Origin: Eledone cirrhosa
Taxonomy: Eukaryota
NCBI GenBank assembly: GCA_964016885.1
Contig: OZ024741.1
Location: 106,702,001 to 106,766,000, forward strand
DNA: 64,000 nt
Reading direction: 5' to 3'
Of the stretch, positions 1 to 13,370 are shown piece by piece (positions within the stretch are counted from its first letter, which is position 1; each line of letters starts with the position of its first letter). Both the position numbers and the translations under genes were made by a program. The notes beneath the pieces were generated by a model, which saw only the letters and a program-made list of their open reading frames with translations, did no database searches and was not told the DNA's origin.

Positions 1-124
1 GGATTTTAACTCAGAATGGCAAGGGCCGTAACTCTATGCTAGAAAGCATGGCGTCCGACCCTCTACCGATACTGCCAATCCACCGCAACAAAACAAAGAC
101 GACGACGAGGACAGCAGCAGCAGC

Positions 125-186
<62 letters not shown>

Positions 187-345
187 AGACAACAATAATA
201 ACTACATCAACAATAACAATGATTATAACAACAGCAACAACAGCATCAAGAATTGTTTCTATAATTGTTACAAGGGCCAGCTATTTGAAGAGAATCGACC
301 CCAGTGCATTACTGGTACTTTATTTTATCGATCTCGAAAGGATGA
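1..345 (-). mobile_element. SINE fragments split by an (ACA)n microsatellite
   Basis: 1-83 matches the SINE 5' half and about 255-345 matches the 3' half; (ACA)n lies at about 124-186. Confidence 0.7.
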
Positions 346-461
346 ATGGAGTTTCGCTTGAGTATTCACAGGCGAAATTATTAATTATTAGTAAATGAAA
401 TATTGAATATCAACACCTCCGACTCCGTCACTTTTCCACAACCTATGACCAATATATATAT

Positions 462-656
462 ATAGGAAAAGAGTCAGGAACCCAACGGCTGAGCTCCGGC
501 CGTTTCGACAGCTAGATCCGAACTCTAGCTGTCGAAACGGCCGGAGCTCAGCCGTCCGGGTCCTGACTCTTTTCCTATTACCCACTCTACTACCCTAAGT
601 ATTGAGTACTCTGGTGCGTTATGGTCCACCTGGTATCTTACCACACCGTCTTTGTT
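462..656 (+). mobile_element. Family A fold-back insert, copy 1
   Basis: Arms 462-516 / 524-578, tail 579-656, (TA)n on both sides; GAAACGGC...GCCGTC half-hammerhead. Confidence 0.75.
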
Positions 657-1234
657 ATATATATATATTTAGATTAGAAAGTGAACAACACAATATATAA
701 CTACTCCATTAAATAGCTAATTAAATAGATCTGTTCTATACATAGAGCACTCTTTTTTTCTTTGCATTTTCTTCGGAATTACCCAAAACACACATATATA
801 TATACATTTGCTCACACACACTCATACCCCCCCCCCACACACATATATATATTAATCAGTTGAGGTATACACAAACTGACAGGTTAAATTGGTTTCACTA
901 ATTTGCAAAAAAATGAACGTGTTAAAAAAGTGAATCAATTAATACACAGTGATCTACAGACTGATATCCATAAGTAGACTTGTACTTGTTTCAAGTACAC
1001 TTGTACTTGAAACTGGTGCGTCTGCGTCTGTAAACATACCTTTAGCTTTACTAAGAACAGTAAAAAAATAAGGTGAATGTCAATGATCTTCTGTCGTTTT
1101 CGACGATTGGTGTTTCAGTCATTCTTTCAACGGCACAGGCTAATGAAGTAATAGGCATGCAAGTGGCTGAATATTTCAAAGTAACGTGTATCAGTGGCTT
1201 GATTCCCGGAGAGATACGTTGTGACTCTATGTAT

Positions 1235-1632
1235 CAGTGGAGAAAGCAGGGCATGCAGTCCAATCGCCATGGCGGAAAGTGGGGCTGTGCAGCCTTACCC
1301 CCCCCCCCCCCCCCCAAATTCCATCTAAATGATTCTCCCGGTCAAAGCCGCATGTAGTGTTATCTAGTGTGTGTGTGTTATCTTTTTACTTTTTATGTGT
1401 CTACGATTTAATAAGCAGTCAAAATTCTGCTTGCCCCAAAGCTGTCGTGTGTTTGTGTGTATGTGTTTGTGTGTATGTGTATGTGTGTGTGTGTGTTATC
1501 TTTTTACTTTTTATGTGTCTACGATTTAATAAGCAGCCAAAATTCTGCTTGCTTCAACCGACGCAATTGATCAACTCAAGATTCTATAACGCATGCACTG
1601 CATGCGTTGCATGCACGCACCCTTCGCCCCTG
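1235..1632. mobile_element. hAT-type non-autonomous element (MITE)
   Basis: Exact 8 bp flanking duplication ctatgtat (1227-1234, 1633-1640) and imperfect TIRs cagtggagaaag / cttcgcccctg. It interrupts an older repeat that is uninterrupted at about 3800-3970. Confidence 0.65.
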
Positions 1633-2089
1633 CTATGTATGGTATGCCTGGCCCTTTGAAATTCAGGTACAGTCAATCTAACGAGCTATAAAACAGTTTC
1701 TGTTTTTAGAAATTATCTCACATGGCCTGGTTCGACATTTGACCATGATGCCACGTGATCTTACGATGGAGAAACGATCTTTTAAGGATTCGCTGATGCA
1801 GTGTCCATAAGTGCAAAAAGTAATCGCAGTTTCTGTTTGTGAGAATTCGAGAATAGTTTTCGTATTTATTTATGCCTCATCAGAGAGTGTTTACATATTG
1901 CTGTGCATAGCAAGAACCATAGCTTATACTCCGCCAACACGATAGACAGAAAGCCTATAACTGCTACCTAGAAATACAGAACAAAGTCGGGGGAAATTGA
2001 GCCTATTGAAATTTCGAAGTCACACTAATCATTTTCTTTGTACACATACACACATACATATATATGTATATATATGTGTATATATATGA

Positions 2090-2153
<64 letters not shown>

Positions 2154-2155
<2 letters not shown>

Positions 2156-2575
2156 CGAAGGAAATGTGGTAAGGAACCAGATGGACCAAAGTACTCAATA
2201 CTTAGGGTAGTAGAGTGGGTAATAGGAACGAGTAGGACCCCGACGGCTGAGCTCAAGCCGTTTCGACGGCTAATTCTGGACTAAATGAACATTTTTATCC
2301 TGGTAAATGAATAGCCGAGCTTCTCAGGGGTAATTCCATATATGGTAAAAGTGACTACTGGCAAGTTCAGCTACCCTTCCTTCCACAAAATGCCATGATA
2401 GAATTATGTGTCTCAACAACAAACTTTTGACCAATCCTTGTGACAATAATTTTTACCATATATGGAATTGCCCCCTGAGAAGCTCGGCTATTCATTTACC
2501 AGGATAAACATTTTCATTTAGTCCAGAATTAGCCGTCGAAACGGCTTGAGCTCAGCCGTCGGGGTCCTACTCGTT

Positions 2576-2580
<5 letters not shown>
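2154..2580 (-). mobile_element. Family A fold-back insert, copy 2
   Basis: Tail 2154-2221, arms 2222-2350 / 2451-2580, 100 bp spacer, TA flanks. Contains an HHR-like fold (2470-2565) with a non-canonical CTGAGA core. Confidence 0.78.
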
Positions 2581-2639
<59 letters not shown>

Positions 2640-4378
2640 TATATATATGTGTGTGAGTAATTTTATACAGATGTGTATTGGAGACTTAGCTGTTTTCATG
2701 TACAAAATATTTACCCGCAATTCAATTAAGCGTTTTAAAATTCGTTTCATTTCAATTGCTTACAAAACATATGCATACACACCCTTTACACACATCACAC
2801 CAATGACACACACACACACACATACACGCACACACACGCGCACACATACATACACACATACACACTCACACACAACACACATCGCGCACGCACACACATA
2901 CACAAACACACACGCATATATATATATATATGCATACCTTAACATGACACAAATTCATTCCTCGCCTCACCCGCCGAATCTCTAAAAACCATTGAAGGCG
3001 CCCACTCAAACGTACAGCTTCTTACAAATGACACATGTAACTATACACACAAACCCAACGGTCTGAGGACACAAAGAAACATTTCTACATTCACTCTACC
3101 TTTAAATAGGATCAAGAAATCTGATATGATTGTTTAGATCAGAATTTTGACTGCTCTCACTTGCAACAACCTGTTGTGTTTTGTTTTATACAGTGACTTT
3201 AAATAATACCCACTTTTCATCCTGTGAGATCTGAAAAAACTCAAACGTCTGTCCCTTGAGCTTAATGGGGCCGGATTTTATCCCAGTGGTGCTTTAGCCT
3301 GTCGCAAGCATTGAGGCTCAACATGCTAGAGCTTATCCCAGTTTCATTGGTGTTAAGTGACTGAGAGTAGAGTTATCTCTGGACGGAACACTCGTCTGTT
3401 GTAGGGTTAGAGGGGACTGGTATAATGTGAAATGAAGGGCCTTACTCAAGGACAAAACGCAGGATCTGGTTCAGAAATCGAACTAATTACCAAACGATTT
3501 CATTGCTTAACATTCTCACCCATTTATATAAATAAAAGACTTGAGAGTAGTAAATAAAAAACAACAACAAAAAGAGAACGAATACAAACCCAGTTTTCGG
3601 TGACTTGACACAGCTAACAATGATTTCTAATTCTGGCTTTAGGCCACAAATCTGTAAATAAGGAATATAATCAACCCTAGCCCATGGCTGGTATCTTACT
3701 TTATCCACCCACAAAGTGGGCTGTTGTGTGATTTGAAAATAGATTCTGAAATGACTGAATGCAAACATTGCAATTTATCTAGTTTGATTTTCTGTTGATG
3801 GATTCTCCGTCAGTTTCGATGATGAGAATTCAGTGTGTTTCATTAACTAAATATGCAACTAGTCTATTAACGTGTAAGTGGTTAAGTATTTCACACACAC
3901 GGCTACCCTTCAACGCAATTCAGCATTAGACAACATATGTGATAAGTCAGGTCATTTGAATTACAGGTAAAATCCGTTTGATGGGCTTCAACACAATTTC
4001 TATCAACCCGACTTTGTTTGCGGCAACCCATGGCAATGATGACTGTGAACCAAACTTCTTAGACATTAATCTATAATTCTGATGCAAGAGATTACTTATG
4101 TTAGAAAGAAATAGATGCAGTTCAAACGATCTAGCATATTACTGGTGCTTAAACAACAATCATGGACTGGGGAAAAGGGAAGTCACTCACCGTAGTCTTT
4201 GTACAGGGACAACGGCGAGTTCAAGAAGATACTCAAAATGACTCATGAGGGCACATACAAATTACATTTATATATATGTATGAATATATATATATACATA
4301 TACACGCACACACACATACATATACACACACAGACACAGACACACACAGACATACAGACATACCGACATACAGACACA

Positions 4379-4821
<443 letters not shown>

Positions 4822-5134
4822 ATATATATATATTGTGTCCGCATGTATCTGTGTGTTTCTAAATATATTGTTAATAACTCCCTCTGGTCGAGCAATCTTT
4901 GAAGTGTGGGGACTGCTGGAAAGCTTCCATTACTCATACTTCTCGCCTCCTTCACCACCTCTTCTACGGCTTCGATATAAATACCCCCTCCGCCTCCGTG
5001 GTATTTTCTTCGGGGTTATAAGAGGCTTAGCTCTGTTTCTCGACCGTTATATCGCGTGACTATCTCCCCCTCCGCCTTTTGGGATTCTTTCTCACGTCGT
5101 GTAGACGCGTTCTTGAGACTAGTAAAATGAGGTA

Positions 5135-5224
5135 TCCTCTTGATAAGTCGGCAGACCTCGCAAGGACTCTATATCTTTATGATGTATTGTTTTTGTTTAT
5201 GCCACGAAACTACGTAGTCGAGGA
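5135..5224 (+). ncRNA. Type I hammerhead motif with U3-A8 variant core
   Basis: Stem I TCCTC/GAGGA; core TTGATAA 5140-5146; stem II GT(C)GGCA/TGCCAC; GAAA 5206-5209; palindrome ACTACGTAGT; GUC site. Confidence 0.7.
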
Positions 5225-5290
5225 ATCTAGGAGCAGTTTAGGTATGATACATTTTATTACTAATTATATCTAAATGTTTCTTCTCTCTTC

Positions 5291-5339
<49 letters not shown>

Positions 5340-5400
5340 GTACAGATAGAATTTGAGATTAATTGCAGAAGGAAACTGATACAAAGTAGAATCTCTCTTT

Positions 5401-5575
<175 letters not shown>

Positions 5576-5693
5576 AATGTATGTATAGTATATTTGGCAA
5601 TATACCGTATGTTTAATTAAAAATATTTAGAAGATCATACGCTATCGGTTTTAAAGTAGTGACTATGTCACTTTTCGGCGAAAGAAGGGAAAG

Positions 5694-5736
5694 AACCTAA
5701 CAGCCTGTTTCACGCTGGTTGGCGATCATCAGAGTC
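5694..5736 (-). ncRNA. Hammerhead-like motif with weak stem I
   Basis: Minus strand CTGATGA-T-CGC-CAACCA-GCG-T-GAA-ACAGGCTGT-T. Confidence 0.55.
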
Positions 5737-5889
5737 ACGCACCCCCTGCTTCCGCCGAAAATTATAGAAGCTGGATTCTTATAGAATTCCAGTAATAATC
5801 AGGAGCTGATTATAGGAGCTATCTCTCTCTCTCTCTATCTATATATATATATATAGCTATGCATATACATATGTATATACATATATATA

Positions 5890-6019
<130 letters not shown>

Positions 6020-7440
6020 TATATATATGTATATACATATGTATATGCATAGCTATATATATATATATATAGATAGAGAGAGAGATATATATAAATATAT
6101 AAATATTATATATATGTATACACACATACATACTCATACACTTACACACATATATTTATCTATAAGTATTTATACGCGCATATGTAAATACGCAACAATA
6201 TACAACCATAATATATATATGCATGTATGTATATACACATATACACACATATTTATCTATAAGTATTTATACATGCATATGTAAATACACGTCAATATAC
6301 AACCATATTTATATAAGAAAATGAAATAAAAAACAACATTAATCTTACGAAAAAATTGAATAAAAAATATAAAAAAGCATAAATATTAAAATAAAAATAA
6401 AAGAAGGGTTAAGATATTGAAATGGTGAGTTCTTGGAAACTGAATAAAAAGATGTAGCAGAAGACATGTAAGTATGGACAGAAAGGAAAGAAAGAACACA
6501 GAAGTGGGGTGGGGTAGACGGAATCATCATTGGTGGGGATTATTCTAGAAAATGATAACAAATTATTTGAAGCGAAGAAGCAAAGAGAAAAAAAAATGTA
6601 TTAAAGATACTGCAAAAGAAGGAAAAAATAGAACGAAACATTACCTAAAGAAAAATGTAAAATAAAAGAATAAAGAATAAGAAAAGCTGCAGCGAAAATC
6701 CCCTTTAAAAATAAACAGGAATGAAATATGGAAAATGTAAACGATGAGAATGTAGGAAAACTTGAGTATGCGGAAGAAGCACCATTTTGGTTTTTGGTTT
6801 GGTTTGGCTTGTTATTGTTGTTGTTGTATTTTCTTATCGGACAGTCTAAATATTTTATATTTTCAGGCTCGCTAAGCATGGTTCAATATTTAAACAAATG
6901 ACTTACTTCCACTGACTGTTATCATTTATGACATTTCAAATTAATGCCAATGAAAAGAACCACAACAACAAAAAAAACAAAAAAAACAAAAAAAAACATA
7001 AAAATATAATATTCAAAGTTTGCAAAGAAGTAGAAAGCAAATAATAACAACAAAAATAAAAGAGAAAGTATAATAATATTAAAGAAGAAAGCTCCACGTT
7101 AAATATCAACAAAAAATATAGAAGAAAAAGAGAAAATATAATTTGGAAAGGTAATTAAAAAAAACTGAAAAGAGAAGAAGCTACACATAAACAAAAAAAT
7201 CTATAAATAAATAACAAATAAAAAAAAAAGAAATCAAAATGGCTGCAGACACGAAAGTAAATGATTGAAAATGAAAACGTCTGTCTGCTTCTTTCGTTTT
7301 AGAACTGAGCAGACGATTTCGAAATGAAGAATTGGAAACGAGGATTAAATGAGGGAAATGGGTGGAAGAATTAAATGTTTCTTAATACAAAATCTTGATT
7401 TACTGGCCAGAAAGGAAATACAAACACACACGCACACACA

Positions 7441-7473
<33 letters not shown>

Positions 7474-8349
7474 AAACAACAATGACGACGACGACGACGA
7501 CGACGAATTTTTGTTTTGATAGAATAAATAAAAATTAATTAAAATATAATTAAATGAATTTCCTACTCCTTCAATTTTTGATGTTGTTGTCTTTGTTATT
7601 ATCATTATTATTATTGCAACAACTCCAATAGTAACAATACAGATGGCAACAACAGCAATGTCACCACCACCACCACCACCACCACCACCACCACCACCAC
7701 AACCAACAACAACAACCACAACAATACTAGCTCTGTGACAAAAAGTAAACTCTCTTTCGCCAAAGCAACCGGTGGTTGGATAGAAATGTCCCTTGAAAGA
7801 AAAAGTGAGTGGATTAAGAAAAACGACATAGCTCGGTCTGGAGTGATGGTGTTGTTTGAAAAAGAAGTCAATGACACAATCAGAAAGAAACCATCGAATA
7901 CAGATGTATTCACAGGAGAAATAGGAAATTAGAATATAAGTAGAGATGTGCATGAGAGAAATATGGAATGTCATATCCTATATTTCAAGTGGAAAGAGAT
8001 ACGGGTTCTGCACCGCTCAAGAAAATGTGATGTTTCCATTGTACTTTGGAAAGAGAACAAACCTTGGTGTGAAAAATGTACCATTCAACAGAGACCAAAC
8101 CAAAATTATGGCAATGGTTGAAAAATATGGAGTGGCAATAGGATGAAAATCCAGCCTACAAAAATGCAGAACAGAATATCCCTGGAGTTCCAGGTGTCAA
8201 ATGCTCCCTAGACTCTAGAAAATATCCCTAAAAAATTCTGCTTGGAAGATTGCGAAAGGATGTCCCGTAATTATCACTTTCATTATTGTTTTAAATAATG
8301 AAAGTGATAATTACGGGACATCCTTTCGCAATCTTCCAAGCAGATGGCC

Positions 8350-8536
8350 AGTGGATTGGCAGTATCGGTAGAGGGTCGGACGCCATGCTTTGACGCATAG
8401 AGTTACGGCCCTTGCCATTCTGAGTTCAAATCCCGCCGAGGTTAACTTTGCCTTTCATCCTTATGGGGTCGATAAAATAAAGTACCAGTAATACACTGGG
8501 TAATTGCTGGCCTTGTGCCAAAAGTAGAAACAATTA
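8350..8536 (+). mobile_element. tRNA-derived SINE
   Basis: A-box-like tggcagtatcgg, B-box gagttcaaatcc, and a shared body and tail (gcctttcatcc...gtcgataaaataaagtaccag...ggccttgtgcc). Confidence 0.85.
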
Positions 8537-9185
8537 TTGTTTTAAATAATGTTTATGTTATTTTTACGTTCGACAAAAATCGTTTGGTTATGAAATAATT
8601 TAGCTCTGGGTGAAGATCGTAGCAGTTCATATAGCCAACAGAGCCATTTTATAATAATTAAATAGCTCCAAGAAAAATGCGATATATAGTTTCGTTTTCT
8701 TTTTTAACTACAACAAAAAATATTATTTTTACCGTTCTCGTTGCTGTTTTTTCTTCAATTTAGTGTTGTTGATGTTGATGTTGCCGTGTCCATCCATGTT
8801 GTTTGTAGCAAATCCTTCTAAAGTGACGTATATCTCTACGATTTCGAAAAAAATGTGTTTTCAGCGAATATTACCAGAAGAATATCCAGTTTTTTTAACA
8901 AGGCTGTGACTTTTGGTTTTATTGTTGGGATAGTATTCATCTTAAATTTAATGAATTGTCTCCCACACCACATGTATACATGCATGTATGTATGTATGTA
9001 TGTATGTATGTATGTATGTATGTATGTATGTATGTATGTATGTATATGTATGTATGTATGTATGTATGCATACATGTATATATGTATGTACGTATGTGTG
9101 TATGTATATATGCATGTATGCATGCAGGAATTCATGCATGTTTGTAATTATGTATGTATGTATGTATATATGTAGACAAAAGGCA

Positions 9186-9565
9186 GAACAACCCCTAAGA
9201 GTCAACGGCCATCCAAAACTGTGTAAATATGTATATACACATGTACATATGTATGTATATGTATATAAGTATATGCATGTGTATGTATATACGCGGGGAC
9301 ATAGAAATAGCCGGGCTGTATACCCGATCGTGCGGTTAAACCACTGGGAGTGAAGGACATCTAGCATTTGTCAGAGCATTCTTCTAGGAGAAGGCAACTC
9401 AGGAAACTGGGATAACTGCGATATAAAACCTGCGGCTCAGTAGTTACCGATGATGTTGATCTTTTCTTCTTTTCGGGTTATAGCTACTGTCGCTCAGAGA
9501 GTGGGATTGGCTCAGTGCACAGTCTTTCCTCACTTTAAAACAAATCTTCACGCACAGGAATTGCA
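9186..9565 (+). repeat. Interspersed repeat shared with 16520-16910 (possibly a LINE 5'UTR), interrupted by a microsatellite
   Basis: Shared blocks taagagtcaa(c/t)ggccatccaaaa, atgatgttga...ttcttcttt and agagagtggga(t/c)tggct. Confidence 0.6.
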
Positions 9566-9667
9566 CAATAGCATTAATTAATAATTATTAATAATGATAT
9601 ATCATGCAATGGCCATACTCGATAACGATGGGGCAGCCATCATGTATATATGTATGTATGCATTTAA

Positions 9668-9749
<82 letters not shown>

Positions 9750-9758
9750 GCGCGCGTG

Positions 9759-9790
<32 letters not shown>

Positions 9791-10188
9791 CCAGCATACA
9801 TATGTAGAAACAGTGAATATGTATTCACAGTACCTATTTGATAAATCTGACCGGTTAATGTGCAGATTAACTTGCTCTAGCAGTCAATGTGATAAATGAC
9901 TATGGTAATTGCTATTGTTGTGATGATGGTTACTGGTGTTGCTGCTGCGGTTACTACAGCTATTGATGACAATGGTGACAACGATGGCCTCTATGACGAT
10001 AGTAGGAGGGTGTGGTGCCGATAATGATGGTTGTGACCTAGACATATAATGCAAAGTGAGGCGTGATTCGGATGTTAAAGAACTGTGGATTTAGCCGTCG
10101 GTTTGTCGTCTGATCGATTCTATTCAATTGAACGAAGGAATATAATAGGAATAACTAGAATGAGAAAGACAGAAAGAGAGAGAGAGAG

Positions 10189-10272
<84 letters not shown>

Positions 10273-10379
10273 AGGGAGAGAGAGAGAGTCGAGAGAGGGA
10301 GAGAGAGCGAGAGAGACAGTGAGAGAGAGAGAGACAGAGTAAAATTGTGATATATATATATATATATATCACAATTTTC

Positions 10380-10473
<94 letters not shown>

Positions 10474-10871
10474 GGGGTAGATAGAGTGAAACGAAGTATA
10501 TATATATCTATATTCTTTGCTGGAGGACTGAAGTGGAATAGAAAGAGAAATTAATTCAGGGATTAGTAGAGACGAACACTGTTAAGAGACTTTAGAATAC
10601 ATAAATATTTTTTAACCAACATTCAAATATTGTAGACACTCGGTGTGTATATGTGTGTATAGATATATAAGTAAATACATATGTACACAACTATATATAT
10701 ATATATATGTATATATATGGGTGTGTGTGTGTGTGCGTGTCTGTGTGTGTGCGTGTGTGCGTGTGTGCATATATGTATATGTATATATGTATATATATAT
10801 GTATATATAAATGATGAATTTTTTAATATAAGGAACTTGTTCTTTGTTTTTATTCATTGTTTTTATTAATT

Positions 10872-10905
<34 letters not shown>

Positions 10906-10967
10906 CGTGTGCGTGTGTGTGTACACGTATATATTTATATCTACATATGTATATATATATGTATATG

Positions 10968-11186
10968 AGGGCAGGAGGTTGGTTGAATCGTTACAGTGTC
11001 ATATAAAATGCTTTTCTGTATTTGTTCCGGCTCTTTACGTTCTGAGTTCAAATCCCACTAAAGTAATATTTCCTTTCATCCTACCGGGATCGTTAAACTA
11101 CAGTACCAATGAAACAGTGGGGTCGATATTATCAAATGTTTCCCTCCACATCAAATTACTGGCCTTGTGCCTAAATTAGAAACCAT
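10968..11186 (+). mobile_element. Diverged SINE
   Basis: B-box gagttcaaatcc and tail ggccttgtgcctaaattagaaacc. Confidence 0.75.
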
Positions 11187-11416
11187 ATTATGTAGATGAA
11201 ATATCACGGCTCTAAATATGTTATCCTTAACATTATATTGAGCATTGAATGATCATATCTCTCAATTCAGACAGATCTGTGTTGGCGGTGACGTTTTAGT
11301 AGTAGTAGCAGTAGTAACAGATGTTTTTATGGTGGTGGTGGCTGTGATTGTATAGAGAAGAATACCAACCATAATCCCTTTGTAAGAAGATTTTCTATAA
11401 TTCTCTCATTTTTTGA

Positions 11417-11459
<43 letters not shown>

Positions 11460-11461
11460 AC

Positions 11462-11513
<52 letters not shown>

Positions 11514-11516
<3 letters not shown>

Positions 11517-11769
11517 TATCCCGGGTTCAATCGGGGGTAAATACATAGCAGAGTATAAATATTTAATTTAGAAATTACTTCTACAAGACTAAAACTGTTT
11601 CATTCGGGAGAAATCATCAGGGTTTCCTGATGATTTTTCCCGAATGAAACAGTTTTAGTCATGTAGAAGCCATTTTTATATATATATAGAAATGGCTTCT
11701 ACATGACTGTAGAGTGCTACTTATCCGATATCTGCATTGCTTTATTGTACTACAATAAAACTCACCTCC

Positions 11770-11770
<1 letters not shown>
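11514..11770. mobile_element. Double-palindrome insert with hammerhead core (family shared with 33185-33296)
   Basis: Fold-back centred at about 11624 giving CTGATGA-T-TT(T/C)-TCCC-GAA-T-GAAAC-AGTTTTA-GTC on both strands; second palindrome at 11657-11709; TA flanks. Confidence 0.65.
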
Positions 11771-11844
<74 letters not shown>

Positions 11845-11887
11845 GACGTAAATAAGAAAGTTATGAAAATTGACTTACTAAAATTTC

Positions 11888-11968
11888 ACTCCAACTAATT
11901 AGTTTCTGTAAGGGGATAAATATGGTTACGGAGCGTATCCACAGAGAAACCTTACGTCATCAGGGAGT
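11888..11968 (-). ncRNA. Type I hammerhead ribozyme motif (inverted copy)
   Basis: Reverse complement of 12274-12354 in the other arm of the palindrome. Confidence 0.75.
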
Positions 11969-12273
11969 CTATTCTCAGCTAAGTTTGCAGGCAATGCGAG
12001 GACACTGGGAACTTATATAAAAATAATTCAGTGGATGGAAAAAAGCGAGCGGGGACTAGATTCCAAGACATTAAAAAATTCACTGCCTACTTGGTCAATG
12101 ATTAACCTCAGTGTCACGTGATTGATTCTTTTGAATTTGCCACTTGACCAAGTAGGCAGTGAATTTTTCAATGTCTTGGAATCTAGTCCCCGCTCGCTTT
12201 TTTCCATCCACTGAATTATTTTTATATAAGTTCCCAGTGTCCTCGCATTGCCTGGAAACTTAGCTGAGAATAG

Positions 12274-12354
12274 ACTCCCTGATGACGTAAGGTTTCTCTG
12301 TGGATACGCTCCGTAACCATATTTATCCCCTTACAGAAACTAATTAGTTGGAGT
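12274..12354 (+). ncRNA. Type I hammerhead ribozyme motif
   Basis: Stem I ACTCC/GGAGT; core CTGATGA 12279-12285; stem II GTAAGG/CCTTAC after a C.A mismatch; GAAA 12336-12339; palindromic stem III ACTAATTAGT; GUU site. Confidence 0.78.
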
Positions 12355-13324
12355 GAAATTTTAGTAAGTAAGTCAATTTTCATAACTTTCTTATTTACGT
12401 CTTTCATCATCCCCTTGCATAGAACCACAAAGTTACTAAGACAAAACATATATATTTGCTAGCATACGTATGCATCTGTATACATATGTTGGTAGATATA
12501 CTAATTCTTTATATATATATATATATTTAGAGCCGTGATATTTCATCTACATAATATGGTTTCTAATTTAGGCACAAGGCCAGTAATTTGATGTGGAGGG
12601 AAACATTTGATAATATCGACCCCACTGTTTCATAGGTTGATGATAAAAATACGTATAACAGCGATTATGTATTCCACAAAATAAGGGAAATTCTAACCTA
12701 ATTGCTTCTAGTTCATTGTTACACACGCACACACACACACACACTCACACACACACGCACACACAGACAGACACACACACACACATATATATTATAATAA
12801 GGAAAACGATGAAGTTTCGTTTATATGATTGTATTGTGCATCGATCTGTTACGGCGTTTCGCAGATGATTGGCTCAAGATCACCTATGGACCCGACTCCA
12901 GTATCGATCCGCTAATCAGGCCGACTAATGTTTTCTACTAGTTCTCATCCTTTAAATATAATTGACCTCTCTTGTTTCTTTTCTAGTAGTTTGCTTCCCG
13001 AAACGTCTGTCTTATGGATCCCTTTTCCCTTTTTTCTCTTCATCGGTGTAATCTTAGTATTTTTTTCTATTTTCTGTTGATAATTCAAGGGCACAATCTC
13101 ATTTATTTTTTAATTTATTTTTCCTGTCCTTTTGTAATTCTCAACAAATTAAGTGGTTATTTGGGCCATGTTGTATTGCTGGTTACTTGCTGCCTTTTTG
13201 GAAGTAATTTCTAATTAAAAAAATAGCAACAAAAAATCTTATTGAATCAAGAGAAATACAAAGAAAGAAAGAAAGAAAGAAAGAAAGAGATCGAGAAAGA
13301 GGAAGAGGAAGAGAAAGAAAAAGT

Positions 13325-13370
<46 letters not shown>

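Larger units (their letters stand above)
11841..12450 (+). mobile_element. Fold-back HHR-bearing insert in (TA)n (Penelope-like derivative)
   Basis: Near-perfect ~260 bp inverted arms (11841-12098 / 12144-12405), a 45 bp spacer, a one-sided ~45 bp tail and TA flanks. Confidence 0.75.

Noticed and set aside
7735-8230. Short non-repetitive ORFs as host exons
   Set aside because: No recognisable motif or consistent splice sites; possibly decayed transposable element sequence.
8350-8440. tRNA gene
   Set aside because: The A and B boxes belong to a multi-copy SINE head; no cloverleaf could be built.
12845-12925. Hammerhead on the minus strand (CTGATTA...GAAACGCCGTA)
   Set aside because: G8 is changed without compensation and there is no stem I; probably a dead remnant. 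A more decayed relative may lie at about 38735-38830.
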